A DNA stretch of 64,000 nucleotides from Octopus sinensis (GCF_006345805.1 NC_042998.1:10478001-10542000), one strand, 5' to 3'; positions 25,454-37,530 are shown, counted from the first letter of the stretch. The notes: a model not told the origin generated them from the sequence alone. Program-made: numbers and translations.

Positions 25454-25525
25454 CGGCATTTCAACGTCTCAGATCTCAGCAGCCGCCGCACTTTCAAAAC
25501 TATGTTCATAAATGTCCGATGATAG
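25454..25525 (-). CDS. Candidate internal exon (72 nt, phase 2-2): YHRTFMNIVLKVRRLLRSETLKC
   Basis: Acceptor cttcactcacag|, donor CG|gtaaag, GC-richer than flanks, one open frame. Confidence 0.22.
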
Positions 25526-25568
25526 CTGTGAGTGAAGCGTTTCAATATTCATAGCGTACTTTTATCTC

Positions 25569-26009
25569 GGATCTTTTCGGTTTGAACTTCAGTTTTTAAC
25601 ATAATTTCTAGGTAACTAAAAAAATTTTAAACTTCGTATACTGGTAGATTGTGTTTCTAAAACATCTTTTTCTATTGGCTTTATTGAGAAAATTCTATAG
25701 TTTGTGAGATATTTGTTGTTTTTTTCTTCAATTTCTGCAATTTTAACCAATCAAATACGTCTAATGAGGTAAAAAAACATTCTGTGCCGTATGAATATGT
25801 CCCTCGTTTAAGAAACATATTGGGTTTATTTACATTTGTGAAGAAAAAAAGATACCCTTCCCCCCACCCCTAACCCTAACCCTAACCCTAACTAACCCTA
25901 ACCCTAAAACAGATTGAAATGCAATAGATCGATACTAGGGTCATAATTATGGGTGACAATTTCATATGAACACGCTAGAAAAAAACTGCCGTTCAAACCG
26001 AAAAGATCC
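25569..26009. mobile_element. MITE with 29-bp TIRs and 8-bp TSD (Merlin-like), carrying (CCCTAA)n
   Basis: TIR ggatcttttcggtttgaac(tt/gg)cagttttt at both ends; TSD tttatctc at 25561-25568 and 26010-26017; telomere-type hexamers at about 25868-25907. Confidence 0.88.
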
Positions 26010-26619
26010 TTTATCTCTTTTTACAACCAGTAATTAAATATAATTTCTTTTATTAGCAAGCGGTCACTACCACCCGATAAATATGAAGTCATACCCTACG
26101 ATGAAGCTCTTGAAGAAGCGTCCACCAAAATTTGTGATCGATTTTGGAACAACCTATCAAAACGAATACACAGATAAGGTAAGTTTCTTGGATATTACGG
26201 AAAATGAAAGTTTTTCTAGCAATTTTTTTTATACATTTCAATATTTATTACGATTCTTTTTAGCCCCAGGAATAATAGACTGCTGCGCTAACTACCAAAC
26301 AGAATTTAGTTACAACCTTTAACACTCTAAGTTCAAATCTTTCCAGGGACGATTGTTATTTTTCAACATTCGAGCGGCGATAAAATATATATACTGGGCT
26401 CGATTGAATTGATTACGATCCTCCCACTAAATTATCGTCTGATCAAACTAAAATTTCAATATTTTGTTTTCAAGAAACATATATGCTGCTTAAATAATAT
26501 ATTATTTTAAAGTAATATATTAATATTATATATATATTTAACAGACTTGTACGAGGAAGACTGTTAACTATTTGAATATAATTTTTTTATTTCAGTTTTA
26601 TTTAGTCTCTTTACAATTA

Positions 26620-26825
26620 GGCACAGGAGTGGCTGTGTGGTAAGTAGCTTGCTAACCAACCACATGGTTCCGGGTTCAGTCCCACTGCGTGGCATCTTGG
26701 GCAAGTGTCTTCTGCTATGGCCCCGGGCCGACCAATGCCTTGAAACTGAAAGAAGCCTGTCGTATATATATATATATATTGAATTCAAAAGTGGAATGTG
26801 ATATATATATATATATGTATATATG

Positions 26826-26858
<33 letters not shown>

Positions 26859-27048
26859 CTGTCTGTCTGTGTTTGTCCCCCTACCACTGCTTGACACCGA
26901 TGCTGGTGTGTTTACGTCCCCGTCACTTAGCGGTTCGGCAAAAAGAGACCGATAGAATAAGTACTGGGGTCGAGTTGCTCGATTAAAGGCGGTGCTCCAG
27001 CATGGCCGCAGTCAAATGACTGAAACAAGTAATAGAGTAAAGAGTAAT
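26620..27048 (+). mobile_element. SINE family A
   Basis: Full head, internal (TA)/(TATG) block, tail; two small internal deletions. Confidence 0.9.
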
Positions 27049-27383
27049 TATTGTTATTAGATTGGCAACAAGACAACTAAATATTCTTGTGTACATACAT
27101 CGAACAACATTCTCTGTTCTGAACTAACATATGACCAAGAACACAATGACTAAAATGTTCAATTTAACATTTATGGAACGAATCATCAGCTTCTTCAGTT
27201 TCAACATTAATGCATTACTTCTAACGACAAAAGATATAGAAAGCAAAAACAAACTATTAATTCAATTTCAGCTTAGAAACAAACAAAAAGATGTTCCAAA
27301 ACTTGATGGTAACCTATTGAATTTGGTATGCGTTCATGTTCAACGTATTCGCGCAATACACAATGCCAGAGTAAATATCTTAA

Positions 27384-27978
27384 TCTTTATATATAAAAGA
27401 GAAGTTGTGTGTCTGTCTCCTGCGATTTAGATTCCTAACTACTCCCACATTTTGCGGTGCAGTTTAACCAAAACCGGGTATCTTATAGTCGTCATTCATA
27501 TCGAGCCCTTCTGGGTATTAGCGCGCGTCTACGATGAGTCTACGATTTAAAAAAAATATTACCATATTTTTTTCCATATTAATGCATTTTTTCGCTATTA
27601 TATAAGGGAAGTAACTCTCTAAAAATGTCTACGATAAGTCAACGATTTAAAAAAAAATTACCATATTTTTTCCATTTTAATGCATTTTTTTCGCTATTAT
27701 ATAAGGGAAGTAACTCTCTAAAAATGTCTACGATGAGTCTACGATTAAAAAAAAAAATTACCATATTTTTTTCCATTTTAATGCATTTTTTTCGCTATTA
27801 TATAAGGGAAGTAACTCTCTAAAAATGTCTACGATGAGTCAACGATTTAAAAAAATTTACCATAATTTGTTTTCCATTTTTAATGCATATTTTTGCTATT
27901 TTTTGGTTATAACTCTCTAAAAATGCTTATATAGTTATTTCCCTTACAAACCCGAGCAACGCCGGGCGATACTGCTAG
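27384..27978 (+). mobile_element. Non-autonomous Helitron with expanded ~100-bp internal tandem repeat
   Basis: A|TC start, 3' hairpin and CTAG|T; units start at about 27601, 27700 and 27801, plus a partial unit. Confidence 0.9.
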
Positions 27979-28377
27979 TTGCAAATAAAGCTATTAAATA
28001 CATCTAGCTGTTACGCAAACTAAATAACCTCAGATACATATGACTATTGCATTCAGCCACGGTCAAATAAAGATGTGGCAAAACTAGAGAGCGTAACTTA
28101 GCGAATCCGGTATAGTTTCAATCTTGTGCTACAATAATCATTTATATAGGAAATAAAACATTTAAGTGCACACTTGGATGAGATGAAGCGATAAGTGTTC
28201 ACTTACTAGGTTACCAATCTCTAAGATTTTGAAGTGGTCCAACTAATTATATTGAATTCAAAAGTGGAATGTATGTATGTATGTATGTGTGCTTGCATGT
28301 ATGTATGTTTGTGTGTGTATATATATATATGCGTATGTATGTATGTTTGTGTACATATATATATATATGTATTTATG

Positions 28378-28427
<50 letters not shown>

Positions 28428-28512
28428 TAAAACGGTAAGATAACAAAAGAAAGAAAGAGACCTCAATATTACATAAATAGAGGAAATTTATCTATACAAT
28501 AATATGTTACAC

Positions 28513-28572
28513 AGATAACCGAAGAGATGTCGTGGATTCCCACTTCGGCATCCCAAACTCAGAGTTTTATCT
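28513..28572 (+). ncRNA. Degenerate hammerhead motif (core CCGAAGA, GAAA mutated to CCAAA)
   Basis: Stem I agataa/ttatct, stem II gatgtcg/cggcatc, stem III ctc-a-gag identical to the 30757 motif. Confidence 0.5.
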
Positions 28573-28608
28573 TTTATCTTGACTATCGAGTAATGTAACA
28601 TATTATTG

Positions 28609-28779
<171 letters not shown>

Positions 28780-28806
28780 TAAATACATACACATACATAC
28801 ATACAG

Positions 28807-29180
28807 GCGCAGGAGTGGCTGTGTGGTAAGTAGCTTGCTAACCAACCACATGGTCCCGGGTTCAGTCCCACTGCGTGGCATCTTGGGCAAGTGTCTTCTG
28901 CTATAGCCCCGGGCCGACCAATGCCTTGTGAGTGGATTTGGTAGACGGAAACTGAAAGAAGCCTGTCGTATATATGTATATATATGTGTGTTTGTGCGTC
29001 TGTGTTTGTCCCCCTGGCGTGTTTACGTCCCCGTCACTTACCGGTTCGGCAAAAGAGACCGATAGAATAAGTACTGGGCTTAGAAAGAATAAGTCCCGGG
29101 GTCGATTTGCTCGACTAAAAGGCGGTGCTCCAACATGGCCGCAGTCAAATGACTGAAACAAGTAAAAGAGAGTAAAAGAG
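28807..29180 (+). mobile_element. SINE family A
   Basis: Head, body and tail as in the other copies. Confidence 0.9.
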
Positions 29181-29182
29181 AC

Positions 29183-29217
<35 letters not shown>

Positions 29218-29227
29218 ATGTATGTAT

Positions 29228-29454
29228 GTATGTGCAGATTTGTATGTTGTATGTATGTATTTGCAAATTTGTATGTTTTATGTATGTATTCTCATGCATA
29301 TAGTTGCATATCTAGACATCCTCATGCATATTTTAAATGATAAACTTCTGGAAAGTTTTACAGACTTTTGCAGCTCCAGTGATGGATTGGATCTGTAATC
29401 TTCAAATTAGCTTTCTACTTTGTGGTTTTGAGAAGTCTAATTTCTCACCATTGG
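29228..29454 (-). mobile_element. R4/Dong-like non-LTR element, 3' end fragment
   Basis: Homologous to 41450-41640 (...VCKTFQKFII* plus 3' UTR), ending in (CATA)n. Confidence 0.75.
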
Positions 29455-29456
29455 TA

Positions 29457-29665
29457 CGAGGGGCAGTCAAAAAGGAATTCCATTTTGTTTAGGACAGGTA
29501 TAATTACCAACACAGGAGAATGTATCCTACATCAAAATGAAGCTGGTCCTCTGTGGATCACATCCCTACTTCTCAACATAGTCACTGTTTCTCTCAATAG
29601 CAATGTTTCACCTTCGAATGAGAACATATATCCCTGCCCAGTAAAATTCTATTGACTGTTCTTCA
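29457..29665 (-). mobile_element. mariner 3' end fragment
   Basis: TIR-like ta|cgagggg at 29455; minus strand encodes GIYVLIRR*NIAIERNSDYVEK*, a mariner C-terminal motif. Confidence 0.75.
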
Positions 29666-29867
29666 CTCTTTTAGTCTTACAAAAAATAGGCTTACAAAAA
29701 ATAAATCCTGGCATCGATTTGTTCGACTAAAGTTGGTGCTCCAGCATGACCGCAGTGAAATGACTGAAACAAATAAAAGAATAAAAGAAAAATAGAATAT
29801 ATTTATACTTGATTGGTTATCTTCTGAAAATTTTGAGTCTGCCTTCTCTTTTTACATATATACTATA

Positions 29868-30270
29868 CTAGCAGTATCGCCCGGCGTTGCTCGGGTTTGT
29901 AAGGGAAATAACTATATAAGCATTTTTAGAGAGTTATAGCCAAAAAATAGCAAACAAATGCATTAAAAATGGAAAAAAAATTATGGTAAATTTTTTTTTA
30001 AATCGTTGACTCATCGTAGACATTTTTAGAGAGTTACTTCCCTTATATAATAGCGAAAAAAATGCATTAAAATGGAAAACAAATAATGGTAAATTTTTTT
30101 TTTAATCGTAGACTCATCGTAGACGCGCGCTAATACCCAGAAGGGCTCGATATGAATCACGACTATAAGATACCCGGTTTTGGTTAAACTGCACCGCAAA
30201 ATGTGGGAGTAGTTAGGAATCTAAATCGTAGGAGACAGACAGCACACAACCTCACTTTTACATATAAAGA
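29868..30270 (-). mobile_element. Non-autonomous Helitron, variant B
   Basis: ctagcagtatcgcccggcgttgctcggg at 29868; 5' TC at 30270. Confidence 0.9.
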
Positions 30271-30537
30271 TTTTGTACATTAAAACCCAATATATAATCC
30301 GTTTATTTGTATTATTATCTCCATATCTGCTCACTTGGATTCCCTTTATAGCCACTCTTCACCTTGCTGACTTGGTCCTGAGTGTACTCCTGAAAATATC
30401 GGAGTATAAGTTCTAATATTTTGAGCGCTACTAAGTGTTTTCTAAATTGAGATTCTCTCAATCCCATCTGTTGACTCTCTCTTTCTCTCTCTCTCTCATA
30501 TATACATAGATGCATGCATACATATATATGTATACAT

Positions 30538-30579
<42 letters not shown>

Positions 30580-30613
30580 TATATATAGATATATATATAT
30601 ATATATATATATA

Positions 30614-30655
<42 letters not shown>

Positions 30656-30756
30656 GGAGTAAACACATAAATGTGAAACAAGGTGGAAAAAAGAGTACTC
30701 AAATACCAGTGGTAGAGTAATGTGCTTTATTTAAAGCAGCAGAAAATTCAACAAAA

Positions 30757-30796
30757 CCTGTCCGATGAACGGCAACGTGAAACTCAGAGTAACAGG
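30757..30796 (+). ncRNA. Complete minimal type I hammerhead motif (core CCGAUGA)
   Basis: CCUGU-CCGAUGA-ACG gcaa CGU-GAAA-CUC a GAG-UA-ACAGG; GUA cleavage triplet; stem I extended by ~36-bp inverted arms (30726-30761 / 30792-30827). Confidence 0.75.
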
Positions 30797-31126
30797 TTTT
30801 GTTGAATTTTCTGCTGCTTAAATAAAGTATATATATATATATTATATTATATATATATATATATATACACATAAATACTATGTACACACACATACACAAC
30901 ACACACACACACACACACATATATATATTATATATGTATGTATGTATGTATGTGCATGTGTGTATTGTAGTGGTGCCAGTGACTTCGAAGTCACTGTCAC
31001 CACTCTGCTTTTTAAAGTATAAGTATGTACTCTACAAAAAGTAATAATTTTTCCTTCGGCTAATGTAAAATTGTTTTTATTATAACTCGTATAAACAACA
31101 TTATATATATATATATATATATATAA

Positions 31127-31199
<73 letters not shown>

Positions 31200-31231
31200 T
31201 ATAGGGTGAAAAGGAACACCTGAGTTGATAT

Positions 31232-31466
31232 ATGAAAAAAACAAGTCAAAATAGAAAATGCTAAAATAATTTTATAAAGAATATTTCAGTACCGGTTTCG
31301 GTCATTTTGAGACCTTTTCAACTGTAACGATTAAATAATTAAATTTAGAAAAATTAAAAGAAAAGTTTTTTTAAAGGAATATTTGTATAGTGTTCAAATT
31401 ATATTTGAACATTATACAAATACTCCTTTAAAAAAACTTTTCTTTTAATTTTTCTAAATTTAATTA
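31232..31466 (-). mobile_element. PLE terminal-repeat fragment ending in a ~62-bp-arm fold-back
   Basis: Homologous to 46397-46560, which is attached to a GIY-YIG C-terminus; hairpin 31336-31466 with 2 mismatches. Confidence 0.75.
31287..31324 (-). ncRNA. Minimal type I hammerhead motif, U3-A8 core variant (UUGAAAA)
   Basis: CAG-UUGAAAA-GGUC ucaaaau GACC-GAAA-CCGG-UA-CUG. Confidence 0.7.
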
Positions 31467-31590
31467 TATATAGCACCAGGTGGTGCTATTAAGTTAGACA
31501 TGGCCTGGGCCAATAATGGCCTGGGCCAATAATGGCCGAAACTATCAAAGTATCAAAGTATATATATATATATAATATATATTATATATA

Positions 31591-31960
31591 TATAAAAGGG
31601 CTTAGTAAAATAAATTACTTTGCCGCATACTGAACTCATTAGAAATAGCAGCTAAAAAACTTTTTTAAGGCTATTTCTAATACTTAAAGAAAATCTCTCT
31701 CATATAAGTGTTTGCTTAATTCACTCACAAAAGTTTTGGGGGTAAGGACATCGAAAAATCAAATGCTAAGGTTATTCGATAACCTTAGCATTTGATTTTT
31801 CGATGTCCTTACCCCCAACTTTTGTGAGTTGAATTAAGCAAACACTATATATGAGAGAGATTTTCTTTAAGTATTAGAAATAGCCTTAAAAAAGTTTTTT
31901 AGCTGCTATTTCTAATGAGTCAGTATGCGGCAAAGTATTTATTTTACTAAGCCTTTTATA
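31591..31960. repeat. Near-perfect palindrome, ~184-bp arms, 3-nt loop
   Basis: Centre ctaaggttat-tcg-ataaccttag (loop 31776-31778); arms differ only by small indels. Confidence 0.93.
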
Positions 31961-32057
31961 TAATGTAATAATTTGAATTCGCCTTGAATGGTCCCTTTGC
32001 ATACTGAACACTTGGTGAAATTGATTAATAATTAATTAATTTTGCCCTCAATTGTTG

Positions 32058-32144
<87 letters not shown>

Positions 32145-32180
32145 GTGTGTTTGTGTGTGTGTATGTGTGTGTACATATGT

Positions 32181-32268
32181 ATGAAAAGGTCTCAAAATGA
32201 CCGAAACCGGTACTGAAATGTTCTTTATAAAATTATTTTAGCATTTTCTATTTTGACTTGTTTTTTCA
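32181..32268 (+). mobile_element. Inverted copy of the 31232-31320 PLE terminus, broken at the hammerhead core
   Basis: atgaaaaggtctcaaaatgaccgaaaccggtactgaaa... is the reverse complement of 31232-31320. Confidence 0.85.
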
Positions 32269-32547
32269 TATATATATATATATATATATTATATATAGTG
32301 TGTGTGTGTGTATATATATATATGTACACACACACACACCACACACACATATAAGTGTGTATATATATAGGTGTACACCACTTTCTAACCAGCAGTGTCT
32401 AGATATTGAAGTAGAGTGGGTAAAAGTCCACAGTATCCTTATCTCTTATATCTCTGAACCAGTGTAAACCTGTCTTACTGTTAGCTCATTGTTGATGATC
32501 TGTTATCTTTCTAAGCTTATTGTTTAGATGATTGAATCTGTGTTCAC

Positions 32548-32967
32548 GTTACTCTTTTACTCTTTTACTCTTTTACTTGTTTCAGTCATTTGACTGCGGC
32601 CATGCTGGAGCACCGCCTTTAGTCGAGCAAATAGACCCCGGGACTTATTCTTTGTAAGGCCAGTACTTATTCAATCGGTCTCTTTTGCCGAACCGCTAAG
32701 TGACGCGGACGTAAACACACCAGCATCGGTTGTCAAGCAATGCTAGGGGGACAAACGCAGACACACAAACACACACTTATATATATATATATATACATAT
32801 ATACGACATGCTTCTTTCAGTTTCTGTCTACCAAATCCACCCACAAGGCATTGGTCGGCCCGGGGCTATAGCAGAAGACACTTGCCCAAGATGCCACGCA
32901 GTGGGACTGAACCCGGAACCATGTGGCTGGTAGCAAGCTACTTACCACACAGCCACTCCTGCGCCTA
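32548..32967 (-). mobile_element. SINE family A
   Basis: Full-length match to the family. Confidence 0.9.
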
Positions 32968-33429
32968 TGTTTATGTAACAAATAAATTGCATTCTTTTTT
33001 TGAAAAAAGGTGACATGAATCTATACGGAACTTAAGTAACAGTTTCTGCATTCTGTGTACCGTATAAAAACCACTTGTAATTCATCTATGAACTGGGTTC
33101 TTTTACATGTTGAAAGTCACCTCTATAGCACACACACACACACACACACACCACACACACACACACACACAGAGTTAGACATCCAAACCAATTAGCAAAG
33201 GTGTGGCGCATGATATCAAGTCATATGCAGTTGTGATTATCTCTCTCTCTCTCTCTTTTTATATATGTATGACACATACACATATATATGCATATTCATA
33301 AATGCATGTACACACATATATGTATATGTATATGTGTGTGTGTGTGTATGTATGTGTGTGTGTGTTTGTGTGTGTATGTTTGTGTGTGTACTAGCAAGAA
33401 AATGTGAGCGTAGGAGCGATGATATTCTA

Positions 33430-34640
33430 AATTAATTGAACCTGGAGAAGAACAAGTGAAGCATAAAAAATGCTACAGCCGAAGTTGGAATTTGAATTTA
33501 AATAAAATGTCTTTTTATGTAGGTTTCGATGTGTGAAAAATAGGGAAAAGATTAAAAAGGAGAAGAGTAGTTTGCACTTGAGCAGTATGTTGGTAAGGTG
33601 GTCACATTTTAAAGGGCTATTTTTTTCTCTCTCCATAGCATGTTGTGTGCATGTGTAATAGAGTTGATACCCAATTGGGGAAGATAATTGTTGCGCAGTT
33701 GTGGTAAAGAACATTTGTTGGTCAACATTTTCGGAAGTTATGAGAGATGGGTTTGGAGCCTCTTGTTATCAAGAGCCCAGTGCTGGATATTCAAAGCTTC
33801 ATCAGCATAGATGCTTCTATTGAGAATGCATTTTCATTTTTTGCTGTGGAAAAGTAGACCTTGCTAATGCCACAACACCATTTATCTCTAGTTTCTTTTT
33901 CTATTATGACAAGAGTCTGGAATGGAAGGACTCCGTCGGTTACGACGATGAGGGTTCCGGTTGATCCGAACCAACGGAACAGCCTGCTCGTGAAATTAAC
34001 GTGTAAGTGGCTGGGCACTCCAGAGACACGTGTACCCTTAACGTAGTTCTCGGGGATATTCAGCGTGACACAGAGAGTGACAAGGCCGGCCCTTTGAAAT
34101 ACAGGTACAACAGAAACAGGAAGTAAGAGTGAGAGAAAGCTGTGGTGAAAGAGTACAGCCGGAGCCTCGTGGAACTTTAGGTGTTTTCGCTCAATAAACA
34201 CACACAACGCCCGGTCTGGGAATCGAAACCGCGATCCTATGACCGCGAGTCCGCTGCCCTAACCACTGGGCCATTGCGCCTCCACATGACAAGAGTCTAC
34301 TGCCTATTTGACTGTTACTAACCAAGTCCTAGTGACTGTCCTCTCTCAGATGAGCTCATATTTCTGCATGCCTAAACGCCACCTCAGCTATCGTTGGAAA
34401 AGCATGAGAAGACATTTTATTCCCACGAGAAGTTAGAATATAAACATCAACTTTTACATGTGAATGAATCTAAAAATAGCATATTAGAAAAAGTTCACTT
34501 CTCATTCCAGCAATAATATTTTAGAGCTTTCATTTCTTCTTGCCCTATTCCTTTCTAGGTTCAATTAATTAGGGATATTATCACTTCTGAGCCCGAATCT
34601 TTCCTGCAAGTCCACTCTTTTTACAGGCAACAATTTTTGC
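33430..34640 (-). mobile_element. Highly degraded RTE-like LINE fragment, interrupted by a SINE
   Basis: Weak residual motifs (VSTLL...YGE, KCDHLTNILLKCKL for W.D.VTN.EVL.RA); many stops. Confidence 0.35.
33919..34285 (-). mobile_element. SINE family C, body type 1
   Basis: 13-bp TSD atgacaagagtct at 33906-33918 and 34286-34298. Confidence 0.92.
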
Positions 34641-34977
34641 AGCTAAAAGAAAAAAAGTCATTGTGACAAAACTCTAAAAGTGTAAAAGGTAAAATAAAAA
34701 ATTGAATTTGTTTTTAAAGACATTTAAACTATAATAAAAAATTATATCTTATGAATTGGCAAAAGTAAATTATAAAAAAGAATGAGGAACCCGTGGCAAA
34801 AGGGAAAAGGGCTAATAAAGCGCAGTAAATATAAGTCGATAAGTTTTGAGTTAAAAGTAGTTCTGATTGCGTTTACATTTCCGAGAAACAGTTTGAGCAC
34901 ATCACGAGTTTCCTTGCTTATATGATGTTGGACAAATAAATCTGAAACATTTCAAAATATTAAAAATTTTTGAAAAT

Positions 34978-35153
34978 GGGCGCAGGAGTGGCTGTGTGGT
35001 AAGTAGCTTGCTTACCAACCACATGGTTCCGGGTTCAGTCCCACTGCGTGGCACCTTGGGCAAGTGTCTTCTACTATAGCCTCGGGCCGACCAATGCCTT
35101 GTGAGTGGATTTGGTAGACGGAAACTGAAAGAAGCCCGTCGTATATATATATG

Positions 35154-35195
<42 letters not shown>

Positions 35196-35530
35196 TAACA
35201 AAATAATTTGTTAAAAAATGTGAATTTTTAATTATTTTCTGAGATTTACGAAAACAACAAAAATATTTTTTAATATATATATATATATATTATATATATA
35301 TATATATATATATGTGTGTTGTTTGTGTGTCTGTATTTGTCCCCCTAGCATTGCTTGACAATCGATGCTAGTGTGTTTATGTCCCCGTTACTTAGCGGTT
35401 CGGCAAAAGAGACCGATAGAATAAGTACTGGGCTTACAAAGAATAAGTCCCGGGGTCGATTTGCTCGACTAAAGGCGGTGCTCCAGCATGGCCGCAGTCA
35501 AATGCCTGAAACAAGTAAAAGAGTAAAGAG
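34978..35530 (+). mobile_element. SINE family A with enlarged internal AT-rich spacer
   Basis: Head at 34978, 3' module 35320-35530; extra non-microsatellite AT-rich sequence at about 35198-35275. Confidence 0.88.
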
Positions 35531-36823
35531 CATGGCGATTAATTCGTTCCTTTTCGTTCCTCGTAAAACCCAGGGTGGATGTATTTCCTACAATGAAAAT
35601 CCTTGCTATAATGTATCCTGGATGTAAATAGAATTATAATTAAAGAGGAAACGAGCTGAGTAGCCGGGAACGTTTCCAGTTGGGAGGAAGAGCAAACTAC
35701 AAGTCAATAGAAATCCATAGTAACACAATGATTGAAAGAAATGATGAATCGTTAATTTTATAAATTCACATCAAATTACTGTTTTGAACTAAAAGATTAA
35801 ATAATGTTTTTGCGCTAGTTTTTAGAAGCGATTTCAAACAGTTAAAACTCTCCAATACTATCGAAGACAGTAGATTTTATATGGCTGCAAACGATTTCGC
35901 TTTCTCATTAAAAAAGATCAAGGGAATGTACTATTTTGGTATAGATTTTGGGAAGCAGGTACAGCTGTGCTGATGCACTCCATATATCATTGGTGTGGGT
36001 GTCGTTTCGTAAGCTGGATGCAAGGGATTAATAAAAAGAGAAATACTGGAAAAAAATCTCTTTTCTGTGCTATGGCTATTATTTCTAGCATGCAGAACGA
36101 TACCATTGAGGCCTCCTTCACCTTTTCGGCGATTCAAGATGCATCAATGTATGCACGGTGTGTATTGTTCTCCCGGAAGCGGGGAAAATGGGTAGATTAA
36201 TATAACATTTTTGAGAGATTTATTTTTCAGAAATTTAGCTTTTATTCAAAGTTTGTCAAAAGACCACATTCAGAAAAGCCTCATTTATTGTATATGCTTC
36301 TGTATAGAAGATAAATTATTGTTGCCTTTTTGATCGGTTTTGGCTATTCACTTATCTAGCGCATTATAACGATAGAAAGGGAACGATTTGAGAAATTTAT
36401 ACTTGCGTGATATCACGGACTCGTTTCTCTGATTAATTTTTTTGTACGCTGCAAGCATTTTAAGTCCTATTTTAGAAAGCTTACAATCTTATCTATTTAC
36501 TGTGTTCGGGGCCTGTTGCAATCATACTGCATTGTAGTCTAAAATCCATACCTTTATATATTAGATCCCATATATATAGATGTTCTGCTTGCGAAGTTGC
36601 CGTACATAGTTTCCTAAGGTTAAAAGTGTGTCAATGTAGGGTTTAGCAATGCTCAGACGTATTTATTGTTATTTAGCGTTTTCACATTACATTTCCCAGT
36701 GACATGATGGCAGCTCTCTACTTTACGAGAGGAGACGTATATTATTACATTCAACCAGTTTAGTGTAAACCTTAAGTTGCAAGATTGATAAGCAGTATTT
36801 AGAACTCCATCGTCCGTGTATTG

Positions 36824-37067
36824 CAGTGGTTCCCAAACCTCTTCGAGCTGCAGTCCTCTTGACACTCTGGCCACACTCCTAGCGCCCTCATCCCAACTAA
36901 CCATCACAAGCAAATCCAAAGCAACTGTATTTCATGAATAAAACTTGACCTAATGAAGCATTTTGTTGTTTTAACATGAACCGCCCGTTTTGGCTACCCG
37001 CCATTAACGCCCCACTTTTCTCCAATTCTCCCTTGGATCTTTCCACCTCCCACTTTCAGAGCTACTG
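36824..37067. mobile_element. hAT-type MITE with 8-bp TSD
   Basis: Starts cagtggttcccaaacc, ends tttcagagctactg (imperfect TIR); TSD gtgtattg at 36816-36823 and 37068-37075. Confidence 0.8.
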
Positions 37068-37120
37068 GTGTATTGTAATTGCATCCTTTGTTATGAAATC
37101 TAAGTTTGAATGTTACACAT

Positions 37121-37530
37121 AGGCGCAGGAGTGGCTGTGTGGTAAGTAGCTTGTTTACCAACCGCATGGTTCCGGGTTCAGTCCCACTGCGTGGCATCTT
37201 GGGCAAATGTCTTCTTCTATAGCCTCGGGCCGACCAAAGCCTTGTGAGTGGATTTGGTAGACGGAAACTGAAAGAATCCTGTCGTATATATGTATATATA
37301 TATATGTATGCGTGTGTATGTTTGTGTGTCTGTGTTTGTCCCCCCAACATTGCTTGACAACCGATGCTGGTGTGTTTACGTCCCCGTCACTTAGCGGTTT
37401 GGCAAAAAAGAGACCGATAGAATAAGTACTGGGCTTACAAAGAATAAGTCGATTTGCTCGACGAAAAGGCGGTGCTCCAGCATGGCCACAGTCAATGGCT
37501 GAAACAAGTAAAAAGAGAAAAAAAAAAGAA
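37121..37530 (+). mobile_element. SINE family A
   Basis: Full-length match to the family. Confidence 0.9.

Noticed and set aside
25868-25907. Chromosome end or fusion scar
   Set aside because: The hexamers are short and lie inside a TIR- and TSD-bounded MITE.
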